Assembly: GCA_030141605.1 (NCBI GenBank)
Contig: JAQGDQ010000007.1
Coordinates: 793,173 to 857,172 of the forward strand
Direction of reading: 5' to 3'
DNA: 64,000 nucleotides
Origin: Tubiluchus corallicola
Taxonomy: Eukaryota; Animalia; Priapulida
Positions 13,038-25,410 of this stretch are shown here, in pieces. Within the stretch, counting starts at the first letter, position 1. Every line of letters starts with the position of its first letter. The translations under genes were made by a program, and so were the position numbers. A model generated the notes under the pieces. That model was not told the origin of the DNA and made no database searches. It saw nothing but the letters and a program-made list of their open reading frames with translations.

Positions 13038-13051
13038 GTCGCTATAGCAAC
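13038..13051. promoter_or_regulatory. RFX X-box in the TSSK/CFAP97D bidirectional promoter
   Basis: GTCGCTATAGCAAC matches the ciliary X-box consensus GTNRCY-AT-RGCAAC and lies about 60 bp upstream of the CFAP97D ATG. A weaker GTTGCCAATAGCCAC is at 12984-12998. Confidence 0.7.
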
Positions 13052-13110
13052 AGCGAGAATTTCCAGCCAGAGAACGCGAAGTCGTCGTTTTCTGGAATAC
13101 TTTTGCAATC

Positions 13111-16100
13111 ATGCATCGGGCATACGTACCTCTTAAACCTACTTGCAGCAGATTCCTGCAAAGAGACTGGGATGCCACAAAGTTTGAGAAACACAGAGAA
13201 CAGATCGCTAGAACGAAAGCAGGCATTGACAACAAACCGCCAAGAATTTATCCACATTTGCATTTGAAGGTTTGATATACTGTTTATTCGTGTTTATCTT
13301 CTAGTTGTTAAAAAAACTGTAAGTGAGAGTTGTTCACCATAAATGTTGCACAACTGACCCAGGATGCCTAAAGCGGGTCGCAACACCAGTGTGACTAAAG
13401 TTCATGATTCAGAAGAGCACGCTGCAACGAGCTGTTGTCTATAAAACGGCAGGTTACGTTAAACGAGTAAAGAATTTTAAGTGCCTCGTATTAGCTGCTA
13501 ACTACTGTTAGGACGAGCCAGGACGTCATTGCGAGTTCCAGAACACTTAACAGGTCTTTCATCAAACATACGTGGTAGAAACAGTTTTACCAAGCCTGAA
13601 GTTCTTGATTAAAGTATAAACGAGGTTTGGATGGACTAGAGTATGCTGGTTCTTAGACTGGATGCTATTGTATCGAGTAATTCTATGTCCTCATACGATC
13701 TTCGAAATCGACGAAATACATGACACGCGGCTTCATAGGAAATTCCTTTTCCGCGCACATGGAACGCCCTCGAGTCAAACAGAAAATGCCAACTTAGTGT
13801 ATTGTGTAAAATTTGGGTATATTATTTTGAGTATATAATGCTGATATTGCCACATTCCGGGAACAAACCTAGCCAGCAAGACAATATTGTTACAGTATTT
13901 CTGCAAATATGGATACCATATGGAAATATGGACTTGGACACCGAATTGTACTAATATTTCTTAATAATATGTGTAAACCATGTGTTTCTAATATTAGACA
14001 AAAATAATCTATATTGTACCAACATGGTGACAAAAATTTCTGAACATGTTTTTGTCAATATCATGACAAGATCGTGACCATATATATACATATATGGTGA
14101 CAATAATGTCTGCTACTTAGGAAGCTAGTACGGGTAACACTGCACTACACTGAAGTAACATGATCAACTACAAATCTGTTCAAGGCATCCAATTCCACTT
14201 AACACAATGTTAATAGTGTTATATTACTGGCTACGAATAATGAAGCAAAAAGTAATAGTCTATGATTAAAGAACCAAATAAGTCTAAAAATTAATATTAA
14301 TTTGGCCAAGCCATTTATAGGTTCTCTGGAAGCATAATTTTTAGAAGGGAAATTCAGTTAAATTTAAAGTGGGACTCGTTTACAAAATGAATCTGCTGCT
14401 AACTCGATATGTATATATAACTTATACATACATATTGTCGTAAAAAGCTGTGAAACGGGAATTAATCAGTAAAATACTCGAGCTAATTCTGACTTAATTA
14501 ATTCGCGCAATCATAAAAGTTTGACTTTGATTTGTTTTAGTTGAAGAAAATGCAGCTGGAATCACTTAGGCTTCAAGAGATAGAGAAAGACAATAACATT
14601 CTTCTGGAAAAAATTTCACATATTTTACGAACCGGTGGAAGAATTGATAACAAAAACTTATCGTATGAGGTATGACTAGATCTTCAAAATCATTATTTTA
14701 TAATCAAAAAAAAATTGTCTGGTATATCATTAGAAATGGAAAGCAGTGCAGCGAGACTGTACATTTCTGATTTTTGCTATCATTTCGCTAGTTAAAAACT
14801 GTTCAAAAATGCTGCCAATGCGAGCAGGATCCTAAACATTAAACATCGTGATCATAACTGCGTAGATCTATAGCTTTCATGGATAACGAACATAGCCAGT
14901 AAACTGCGTGGCATAAAATTATGAGCCAAAATTCGCAATGTCAAAATTTTTGTACAGGAATGCTTCTTTTCATGTAGGTCAATTGTTTGGAAAGTTTCTG
15001 TATTTCTACAAAAACTAAAAATAGCGATTTTAGTCGACGAAAAAAGTCACACTTAACTTTAAGCTGTCAAAAAGAATCTTGACCAAAAGCACAAAACAAA
15101 CAAACGCACATGAAGGATGTGTAACATTGTGATATGTGCTTGTTCTGAAATGATAACTATGTGTTATGATCATGGCATGCCATGACATCATAGCGTGCTA
15201 TGCCAATGATATGCCAAGTGTGCTATGATAGCATAGGTCTACACGCAAATATATTCAGTGATAAAAAGACTGCTTTTAAAGGCATAATTAATGATAATTA
15301 AGGCAGAGTTACAAGGTAGTATTTCCCAGAAAAATCCAAGCTTAAGGTGAGGGTACACATGCAAGAGAAGCAGATGATTACGGAGAAGTTGACGTCCGGG
15401 CGGTGATGGTAATAAATCAGAGGAAAAAAGTAACGTTCCATAAACAATTAAAGTAGTTATTAACTGGCAATGTAATGACTTGTACATGTTGACAACACTA
15501 TTTATATATGATGACATAACACGTGTGTAAGAAAAATCACGTGTTTTTCAAAATCTTGGGGTTATTTCTTTTATTTCTGTTACCTTGTTGCCTAGATTTC
15601 CTGAGAACTAACTGACCAACCGATGCACTCTTTGTTTGCCTGATTAGACAGATTTGTTGTTTGAGTGAGTGAGTGACTGACTGACAAATTCAGTGACTAA
15701 CTGCTTGTCTGATTTCACTTTCTTGAGAATTCATGCTCCATCATCAATTGTTTAGCCATACAGCAAAAGCAAGCAGACTCGCCAGAGGGAGCTTCTGAGA
15801 CTTACGCATGAGAATGTGGCAATGATGAAGAGAATCAATGCCAGACAACCTCACTATAACCACCACGAATGGGAATCACAGTGGCTGGTAAGATGCAGTT
15901 ATTTATGTGCGTTAGCATAGCGGAAAGAGGACTTTGGTTCGAGTCCCAGTGCAGGTGTAAAATTGATCACACTATTGCCTCCGTGCATTCATATGATTGT
16001 CTTGATGCAGGATGATGCTTGATGTGGGTCATTGGTAGACCGCTACTGGCTTATAGTGTAAACTTCTGAGCCTTAAAAATCAGAATCCTCTGTGGTGTGA

Positions 16101-18518
16101 GGGTAAGGTTAACTGTCCGAAAAGCAAAAGGCATTGGGTTCCAGTCAATTGGAGGTGCAAAAATCATTCAAACTTTTTAATTTAGTATCACTATTGTGAA
16201 TTTATATTATTATGGTATATAAAGTAATATATAAAGTAGTATATAAAGTAACCCCTTCCGTTCACAAAGTCGCAATTGCATGAAGTGAACCACTCGTAGC
16301 AGATCAATATGTAAATCCACAGCGCACCTTAGGAGGTGGCATCATTTGATCTTCTTAAATATTGATTTAACATAATATGGATATGAGTTACAAAACGAAA
16401 GTAACGGAGCACATTTTGGCGTGTTCTCAAAACCAACCAAAAGCGAGGAAAAAATTCTTACATTTTTAATAGTTAAATACTCTGCAAAACGGTATCCACC
16501 AACGAATAGCAGACGCTGCCACATAAAAATGTTCACTTGTTCTGTTTAGCTAAGGTCTGACATGAGTAATAGCAATTCTCACCGAAACAGATCTGGTGTA
16601 ATGATATCTAGGTACAGTAGTAATATGGTACAGTCAGAGTATTTTTTAAATAATGTTTTTATTGACAAATAAAGGATAGCTATTCTAGTTTATTTAAAGA
16701 ATTTGCAATAAGTTACTTCAACTATGTAAATGGTGCTAAAATATATAATGAGTAAAGAATAGAAAGAATGTTTAAGACGGATGCGGGCTAAATTAGAGGG
16801 TGGGCCAATCTGACAGGACCCCATAATTTCATTAGCCTAGGTGCCCAAAAAGTCATAATTCGGGCCTAAGTACGATGCCTGAAAAAATTTTGTAATGCGG
16901 GAAGAGAAAAACAACACGATGTTGGTAACGACCATGACATCACATTATCAGTATATCTACGTACTCACATTTTTGTATGTTTCAGGTTATTACATTTCTA
17001 TCAGACAATAATAACATTAAATCTATATTGATATTACTGCACTTATTATTTAATAATCATGTCAGTCATTGTCACAGAATAACCAAGAAAAACTCCATCA
17101 ACGGACGGGTAGTCAAATTTTGATTTTGAATGTGACCCTGACTTCTGATTTGCCATTGATAACCTGAAGTTGTGATTTTTAGTCTCTCGACTCCCCTTTC
17201 CTTCATTGTTATGATCCGTCAGAGATGATACAGAAATGAATAGTTTCGCCAGTTAGGTTATATTAATTAGCCTCTCCCATTGTTACCCTAAAACACAGGT
17301 GAAGAGCTAAGTATAAACAACCAGATTTGAGAGAGAAGTTCAAGGGATTTTTTTCAATAGTGAATGCAAGTGTACAGGACCTAATGCGGCATTTCTTAGT
17401 ACCTCGTACCTGCGGAATACTACGATCAGGCAGTAATAATTTCGACATTAAAGTAAAGAACAAGTCATTAATAGCATTTACTGTTTTCATTTAGACATAG
17501 AAAAGATAACAAAAATTAATACGCAAAAAACTTTCTATAAAGCATAAAGTTAACTTACACTGTGTAGAAATTTTCAGGCGCGGTGGTAGTCACCATTCAC
17601 TTGAAAATTATAACGTAATTGCTGGACCGTGGGTTTTCGTAAGCACATCGTGGCTTTCCGTAAGCGAGTGCTGCTTAAACTATTTCAAAATTCTGCAGCT
17701 TACCAAATATTTATGCAAAAAAAATCACAAAATTGGTTATTTAATTTTTTGTAAAAACTTATTGTATTTTTGACGCAAATTGACAATGCGCTGCTTTTCT
17801 TCAGCCGATGTACGACGTCAATGGTGGACGAATATACATTTAAAATGGGAGTGCCCAAGCGTGAAATGATCGCCACTTTAAAGTGATTCTACCTTTTTAC
17901 ACGAGGCGCTTGCCACGCTTTTATTACTAAACCATTCTTACATTTTTCGCCAACATTGAAATAAGCCCAAGTCTATAGAATACCTGCCCTTTCTTTTAAA
18001 TTTTGCAGATCACACTGAAAAACATGGAGTCATTCGCTTGTTATCCGCTTTTGCCACTCCACTACAGAGGAGTAAAATGGCGCGAGGTTGAGATTGCGGC
18101 TAAGAGATCTGTCACAGCAGGTTCTAAGCGATCACACCTTTCAAGACCCGAGACTTCTTTCGCAGCGAAGCCTAAAACTGCACCACCAAATAAGCAAAGA
18201 GACCAACCAGACGACAGGCCTCCTCAACAACCTGCCGAACCAAGGCCAACCAGTCCTAAACTAGAGCGACCAACAACACCAAAACCACGAGAAAAAAGGC
18301 GAAGTCAAAGGTTAAGTCGGCAGTCAGGGGGACAGAAACAAGGTGGTAAAAATACAGCACAAGGGTGTTCTAAGGAAACGGCTCGGCCCAGTAGTGTCAC
18401 AAATACAGATCAGACGTCCAGTAATACAAGAAATGATGAAAGAAATCTGGATGTAGAATCACACGAACCGGAAGTGGAGATCAGAGCTAGACTAAAGGAC
18501 GAAGAACATCGACGTTAA
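13111..18518 (+). CDS. CFAP97-domain (KIAA1430/Hemingway-like) cilia/flagella protein, CFAP97D1/D2-like, 4 exons, ~309 aa
   Basis: Exons 13111-13269, 14541-14669, 15756-15887, 18009-18518; all phase-0 GT-AG, 930 nt. Translation MHRAYVPLKPTCSRFLQRDWDATKFEKHREQIARTKAGIDNKPPRIYPHLHLKLKKMQLESLRLQEIEKDNNILLEKI...RQRELLRLTHENVAMMKRI...YNHHEWE matches the family pattern (IDNKPP, HLxLKLKK, IEKDNxxLLEKI, ENxxxxKRI). Low-complexity C-terminus; AATAAA at ~18593. Confidence 0.88.
13869..14120. mobile_element. MITE in CFAP97D intron 1
   Basis: ctagccagcaagacaatattgttac versus terminal gtgacaataatgtctgctacttag (imperfect TIRs), with internal catat/atatg repeats. Confidence 0.55.
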
Positions 18519-19730
18519 TTTAAAATGACAAAAGAATGGGCTTATTAAGTTTCACACATCAGCTCTATTAAATTAATTGTATAGTTATTATCAATAAACG
18601 AATATACGTCGTAGTAATTTTTATGTTATCTTCTGTAGATTTTGTAGAGCTTGCATTTTTTTAAAGATGTAGCCAGGTCTTCAGACAAACAGTTTAGATA
18701 TCAAGGCATAATAACTCTGTGTGGCGAAACAAACGCACGCTCCTTATGTTTTAGAACAGAACTTGAGTAAAAATTTAGAAACGCGATGCTACACGCCAAC
18801 CAAACATTCAATCAGAACTGTGATGAAACTTTTCGTAACTTCGTTTAAATTTTGATTCACTAATGTATTAGTTAGAAATATAGGTTTACTTAGTTGTTTT
18901 ACGTGCCAATTTAATTTAAAAGTTTTATTTAGCGTAATGGACAGTGACGGGTAATGGACAAGTAAATGGAACTTAAACGGAACCTACAAAGCAAAAATTG
19001 CCTTTTTAGATAGCCCAGTGAAATGTTTTGCACCAAATTAAACACATACGAGTTAAAATGCAATTGTAATGGAGATTTATTGTCAAAAACATTGAGTATA
19101 AATGGGCTAGCTGCATTCACATTAATAGCTGCCTATATTAGAGAATAGAATCATACCTATAGGGTTGTATTCACACGATATACACTAGCTTCTTCGCTAA
19201 CATTTCTGTAGTGAGCCATAGGGCTCATGTAAAAGCTCAGCAACCGTTGCGTCTGCCAAATGAATCACACAATGCATGCATAAACACACTTATGATGCAG
19301 TCTAACACAGTCCATCTTGTGCAAAGTAGTGCACTAACAAAAATAAAAATAAATGCTGTGAAATTAACTGAGTATGATTAACAAAACAATAATATACAAA
19401 ATAATAAGTCTTAGAAAGCAGACACTGAGCGAAATAAACAACAACACTGCCTAAACAGGAGTAATTACACAAACGCCTGACAAAAACTGGTTAAAAACTC
19501 AACAATAATATTAATAATTATTATGTACAACAAAAATCGAATCGAGTCGAATGAAAATTGTGACAAGAGCATTACAACACTAGGCCATGATTACTATAAC
19601 ATAGGAAGAAGACAAAATCACTCACTAACGTAACATTTGCACTGGCAGGTAGGTAAATTTGCAATGATAATCACATCTTTTAACAACTAAAAATATTGTT
19701 GGCCAGTTGCATAGAAAAGCTCCGGCTCCA

Positions 19731-20181
19731 TAAGCCAGGGTTTTACGAGGTCACGACTTTTTTGCAACAATCGAAAACTTTCGCAGTCCAAAATAGTCTT
19801 CAAAATATTTCAGCGACTATGTTGCGAAAACTGTGATAATGGCGCACGAAAAAGTGTCGCACAGTGGTCGCAACATTGTCAAAAGCATCGCAAAATGTTT
19901 GCCAAGTTGTCGTGTGTTCTGAAATTGTCGACGAACTAATTTGTGACAAATTTACGAATGTTACAATAACTTGACGACAGTTTTGCGAAGTTTTGGCTAA
20001 GTGGCCAGTTTTGCTAATCCGGCGACAAATGTTAAACATTTTAAAAATTTTGGCGAAGCCAGCGACCTTTTTGCGACAACGGCGAACACCCACGAATGTT
20101 TAACGACTGTTTGACCACTGTTGAACTTGGAAATTTTTGGATAGTCGCTGAAGTTGCGAACCACGTGAAAGCCTGGCTTTA
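19731..20181. mobile_element. PIF/Harbinger-like MITE (~450 bp)
   Basis: TIRs taagccagggttttacgaggtcacgactt and aagttgcgaaccacgtgaaagcctggcttta; interior rich in gcga/tcgc units. Confidence 0.7.
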
Positions 20182-20912
20182 TAGTTTCAACGTTACAACT
20201 ACTTATAATCTTTATGCACTTAAAAACATGATAGATTTTGCTGCTGCAGTTCACATTACAAAGTTAAAAGTTATGTTCTAACGTGATTAACACAACATTG
20301 AGATAATAACTAAATTTTACTAAAATCATAGACCTATACTTTACAAAAATCAACAGTGCACATTATACAAATAAACTTCAGGAGCAATATAATGCAGAAT
20401 AATCTGTACAAAATGTGATTATTTAATGCATTCTGTACACGATATATGACATAGCTGCTAAAAATTCTTTCTCATAAATTATGTACAGCATATAATTTGC
20501 TATTGCTAAAATATTTGAATTTGCTAACAATGATGCAGACTAACATTTGCATAGTTAAACAGCTTACTGAGTATATGTACAAGTAAATTTTTGTTCTAAT
20601 TACTGTTAACTCCATTCTCACCAATGCAAAAATGAGAATGAGTGATAACATACATATACATAATGACTGTGAAATGCATTAAATATGACTTGACTTGTAA
20701 ATCTTGTTGTGTAGACAATAATATAATATTATTCGTGATATTGCAAAGCAGAACACATAGAGCATCCTCAAAACTTCAGACGAATTGTAAAAAAATTCAA
20801 TATTTTATAGAATGACGTCGAAAGTATTAATTTGGATGCACTCATAAGCAAGTTCAAACATAAATGAAACATAAACATTCATCAGCTGATTGCATGCTTT
20901 CTTATTCTAACA

Positions 20913-21131
20913 GTGCATTCAGACTACAAACAGTTCTCTCACAAATTCTCTCTGAGTGTAAACTCGCAAGTGTAAATGACTTTGCAAGTTCTCTCCCAAG
21001 AACTTGGGCAAAAATTCTCAGCAACTCTTGCTGAGCTTGCAATAAATTGTGAGAGAACTTGCAAAGCCATTCACACTTGCAAGTCTACACTCAGAGAAAA
21101 GTTGCGACAGAACTCTCTAGTGTGAAAGTGC
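20913..21131. mobile_element. ~220-bp palindromic MITE (long hairpin)
   Basis: ttctctctgagtgtaaactcgcaagtgtaaatgactttgcaagttctctc pairs with gagagaacttgcaaagccattcacacttgcaagtctacactcagagaa. Confidence 0.75.
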
Positions 21132-21499
21132 CTTAACAGGTAGTCATCAACTTACAAAGACAACTGGTCGGAAGATGACTTGGATGCAAGTTGAACTGGA
21201 TATTCGTATAAATTTTAAAGAAGCACAATGCCTGTCAGAACAATGACGAGACAATGAGAAAACAACATGGCGAAAACAGTGAGAAAACAAATGCTGAAAA
21301 CAATCGACCACTTGCTTTTGGGGGCCCTTGCTGTGGTCCCAATTTTTTAGCTGTGAACTCACATCTTCTAAGAGGTGAGTTCTTGCTAACTTCTTATAAA
21401 ACATTGAGACAAATATATGTTACTGCAATATGTTAGTAGATATGCTACGTAATCATAACATAGATGGCTAGGACAAATTTAGTTTTCTGAATAGCTGCT

Positions 21500-23320
21500 G
21501 TTAGGGTATTTATGCCATGTTACACATATGTAATGCTAGGCTATTATAGTAAGTCAATGCACAAATATGTAATGTCATTCTGTATGTATATAGCTCCATA
21601 GCTGGGGGGAGATTGAGTGCAACGCTATAATGCTGAGGATGTACTGCACGTTCTAGATGAAAATTTGTAAGCCGTCAGAATACATATATTGAACCACCAG
21701 ACACAGAAGAAATTACAGATGAAGATTCTGGAAGTGAGGATGAAGGGGCTGCCATGGACAACTTGTCTGCCAATCAGTTATGTGTTCCTGCTGAAGTTGT
21801 CTTAAGCCAAGGCAAGTAACTTGGTGCTGAACTGAATAATGGGATGCCTACAGAGATATAAAACTACCATCAGATAATTGCGAGGCTGCATAAAGCAACT
21901 GCCTGGAAAGATAAGCCATTTCCAAATTATAAGTCGATGTTTCCTGACCCAAACTTTGTCAAATATCGCAATTTTTCAGCTAAAGAACTTTTTGAACTAT
22001 TCTTTAGCATTGAGTTACATGAACTTTTGGTTGAAGAAAGTAGATAATATGCATTGTTCAAGGGCAAGGCAGACCCTAGAATAAATGAACATGACACGAA
22101 GTGCTTTATTTACACCAATATTGTTAGTGTCCAGAATATAGTACATTGCGCGGAAAGCGATATTACTGGCAATGAGGTGCCCACAATAGTGCCCCATATG
22201 TAAGTGACAAGTATGCAAAATCGTGTCCAATGATGGAAATGATTAGAAGTAATTATATAAACTACTTTGTACCTGTACAGGACATAACTGTTGATGAAAC
22301 CATGAATGAGTATTATGATAGACATATTATAGTATGTGTAAACAATGCATTCACATGAAGCCAATTAGATTTGAATGCAAATGTTGGTGTCTGAACACTT
22401 CAACTGGATACTTGATAAATTTTGACATGTACCACAATGAAGAGTTAGAAAAGTCGTGTGGCAAGTGTTCAGCTGTGGTTTGGACTTATATGATGGGGTT
22501 CCAGAAGACAAAAACAATTTTAATTATGCACTTCATTTCAACAATCTGTTCAACAGTTTTGAGTGTTTGATGCCATTAAAAACTGGCATTCTCTCCACAA
22601 GGACAATTTGGGATAACAGATTGCAGAACTGTCCAATTATATTGCAGACTACAATAAAAAAATGACTGTGGTACTTTTGCCAGGCTTGTTCAAGTGACTG
22701 TAACATTCACATCTGCAGATGGATGAACAATTCTGTTGTCACTTTAGCGTCTACATGTCACGGCTGTGAAATAGATGCTATAGTAAAACACAATTCTCAG
22801 AAAGAAAAGCAAATGACTGAACTTACACTGCAAACATGCGTGGCACTGATCGTTTTGGCCAGAACATGAACAGATACCAAACTGGAATAAAAGGAAAAAA
22901 GTGGTGGTTTTCAATTTTTAGCTCTCTGATTGATGTCTGCGTACAGAATGCATTGTATTTAGCAAATGCTTCAGGAAAAGGATTGAGTCAACTACAGTTT
23001 CGTAGAGAAATCTGTATGGGCTATGTGTCTGCCTATTTGTCTGTCTCAAGATTGTGTGGTTTGCACTAGCAATTTTGGACAGCTAGATTGCAAAAAAAGT
23101 AAAGTTTGTGTGTGACTGATGCAAAAATATATTATCTGAGTAGGAAATATTCATCTTAAGTTAATGTCCTAAGGGTACACATATGTGACACTTGATAGTA
23201 TCATCTTACTTTTTTCAAATATAATTTATATTTTTGAAATATGCATTCTGACATTTATCATAGTATAATATTTTCTTAAACAACTCTAACAAAAAACGAA
23301 TTAAGGATATTAAGGCTTAA
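21500..23320 (+). mobile_element. Decayed piggyBac (PGBD2/3-like) transposon with a frameshifted, stop-riddled transposase at ~21590-23070
   Basis: Fragments in changing frames: EPPDTEEITDEDSGSEDEG...DNLSANQL; VDETM; KQCIHMKPIRFECKCWCLNTSTGYL; HFNNLFNSF; CRWMNNSVVTLAS; MRGTDRFGQNMNRY...KKWWFSIF...IDVCVQNA...LQFRREI. These are recognisable piggyBac DDD-transposase blocks. Related subterminal tacacatatgt motifs near 21520 and 23177. Element ends are approximate. Confidence 0.8.
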
Positions 23321-23590
23321 AAGAAGGAAATACGAGTTACTTTTAGCATTATATAATTAATTAATTAGTTAATTAAGTTTTGAACTGGTCATGAAGTCGA
23401 ACAGTTGTAAGCTGCATAGGTTTTAAGTCGATGACTACCTGCATTTAGATTCTGTATATTAATTATTGTAGCTTTTCAGCACCTTAACACTTGTATCAGA
23501 GCTAGAGATGCCGGTTGTCATTATAGTGTTGTAAAAAAATTAGTTTGATTTTTAAAACAACATTTCTCATGGCAGTGACAAAAACAAATA

Positions 23591-25410
23591 TTAAGTATGT
23601 TGGACCACGTGTATTGGACCAGCATACTCGCTACCTGAACCTTTTGGGTTAAATGACAGAATGCGTTGGGCTTGATTAAATGAGTCATCGGAAGAAGTGC
23701 CACGAGTCAACTGAGGATGTTCAATATGTGGACGTGTCCCATTTCCTATTCGGCCCGGTGACTTACTCCTCCGCCTTTTAGACCAATGTTCTTTGGTGGG
23801 AGTTTTCTTCACCTCCGTCTGACCGGATGGTTCAGTGTGACCGAGAGGGCTGTGCCCCATGTAGGAATGAGGCGAAGCAGAATGCACATTAGCTATAGAC
23901 GGAGGAGGTGGCATTGGCAAAGTAGTGTTATGGGATAAAGCAGCATCAGGCAGAGCAGTATCAGGAAATGGCGGAAGCACGTCCTCTGGAGACAACCTCC
24001 CACTTGCTTGCGTGAACTGACCCAATCGGGGAGGGAAGGGCGGTAAAGGAGGAGAAGTGGTTGGTGGAGTGGGAGACTTCCAGGCTGTGGATTTCGTAAC
24101 TTTGAAAACAGCAGGTTTAGGTGGAATGACAGGCGGTCGAACTGGCTTGGCCAGGTTTGTTAATGATGTGCTGTTCTGCATCATAGCCATGTTAGACACA
24201 GAAGTGGCTGCAAATGGCGTATAGGGCGGTGGCTGCTCAGAAGCGTCCGACGGAATGTGAACAGAACGTGAAGTACTAGGAGTAGGGGGATAGCTATGTT
24301 GCTGACGGCCCGCTTTTATGGAAGCTGATGCATAGATGGGTTCAACAGGAGGACGTGTCCTACTCTTGGATGAAGGAAAACCACCCTCGTCATTTCGATA
24401 ACCCGGATTGTCAAAATCCAACCTCACTGTGTTTTGTGGAGAATGTGCAAGTAAATTATCCTGTGAACGTATCCGCTCTCGCTCCTCTGCACGCTCACGA
24501 TTACGCCTCCGACGCCTGGAATCTCTTTGTCCAGATTTAGACGAAGTACTCTTCCGTTGCTCAGTCGAACGCTGTAGGCTATCCACTGCTTGACTTACCA
24601 AGTTTTCTGTAGAAGCAACACGTTCCCGCATTTGGGAAGTCGCTCGTTCTCGTGAGTGTGAGCGAGGTACTGAGGAAGCAGCAGGTACACCTAAAGGAGT
24701 ACTAGTTCGCTCAGGACCTTGGTCCGTCGTACAACTATCTGATGCTCCTTCGAGCTTTGGAGGTCGCCGCCTAGAAGTCGTGTTTCGTGGAGAGGTACGA
24801 GACCAACTCGAGCGCTGCGAGGACTTGGTATCGGCAACTCTGTCAAAATGTTGTACCGATGCTGGAAGAGCTCTCTGATTTTTCTGTGACTTAGATGGCT
24901 GTGAATTGCGACGTTTCTGTCGACCACGCAATGAGCCAGTAAGTTGTGCTGGCATCACAAGTGGCACAGCATGTATTGCACTAGCCGGTATGAATCCACC
25001 TGACGTATTCATATCCTCAAGAGTTTGAATGTTATGAAATGTTGGATTGTTAACATCATCTTGAGCTTCCCTGTCAAGAAACTGACCACGCTCACGATGT
25101 CTCGCACTACCTCGTCCATCGCGAGGTAAACTTCCTCGTCCTTCCCGAAGCAAACTTCCTCGTCCTTCGCGAGGCAAACTTCCCCGTCCATCGCGAGGCA
25201 AACTATTACGGTAATTCTGCAGTGAACGAGTGGATCGCACTGATGCTCGCTGCTGTGGGCGGGTCAAAGACGCATGTCTGGTGCGTCTCATAGAGCCTAG
25301 TGGAAGCCTCCCATCAAAAGTGGTCTCCTTCATCATAAGTAACGAAGAATCAGAATATTGAAGATTTGGGTCCCGTGGTATCACCAACACCTTATCATCA
25401 TCATCAAAAT
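23591..25410 (-). CDS. NKAIN: NKAIN alternative distal last exon encoding a ~606-aa disordered Ser/Arg/Pro-rich tail (long isoform ~782 aa)
   Basis: 1820-nt open exon, more GC-rich than its flanks, behind acceptor cttcttacag| (25411-25412). It is phase 1 and joins the NKAIN exon-5 donor in frame (...EEDDS T|AT TTT GAT = YFDDDDK). It has no convincing start of its own. The link to NKAIN is inferred. Confidence 0.72.
25108..25205 (-). repeat. Coding 24-bp tandem repeat, about 4 copies, encoding (G/N)SL(P/L)R(D/E)GR
   Basis: NSLPRDGRGSLPREGRGSLLREGRGSLPRDGRGS in the 639-aa ORF; the DNA units are visible at 25108-25205. Confidence 0.85.

Noticed and set aside
15910-16162. tRNA-like sequences with B-box (ggttcgagtccc)
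   Set aside because: No complete cloverleaf can be folded; treated as repeat-derived. The same applies to 8040-8105, 41540-41610 and 49590-49650.
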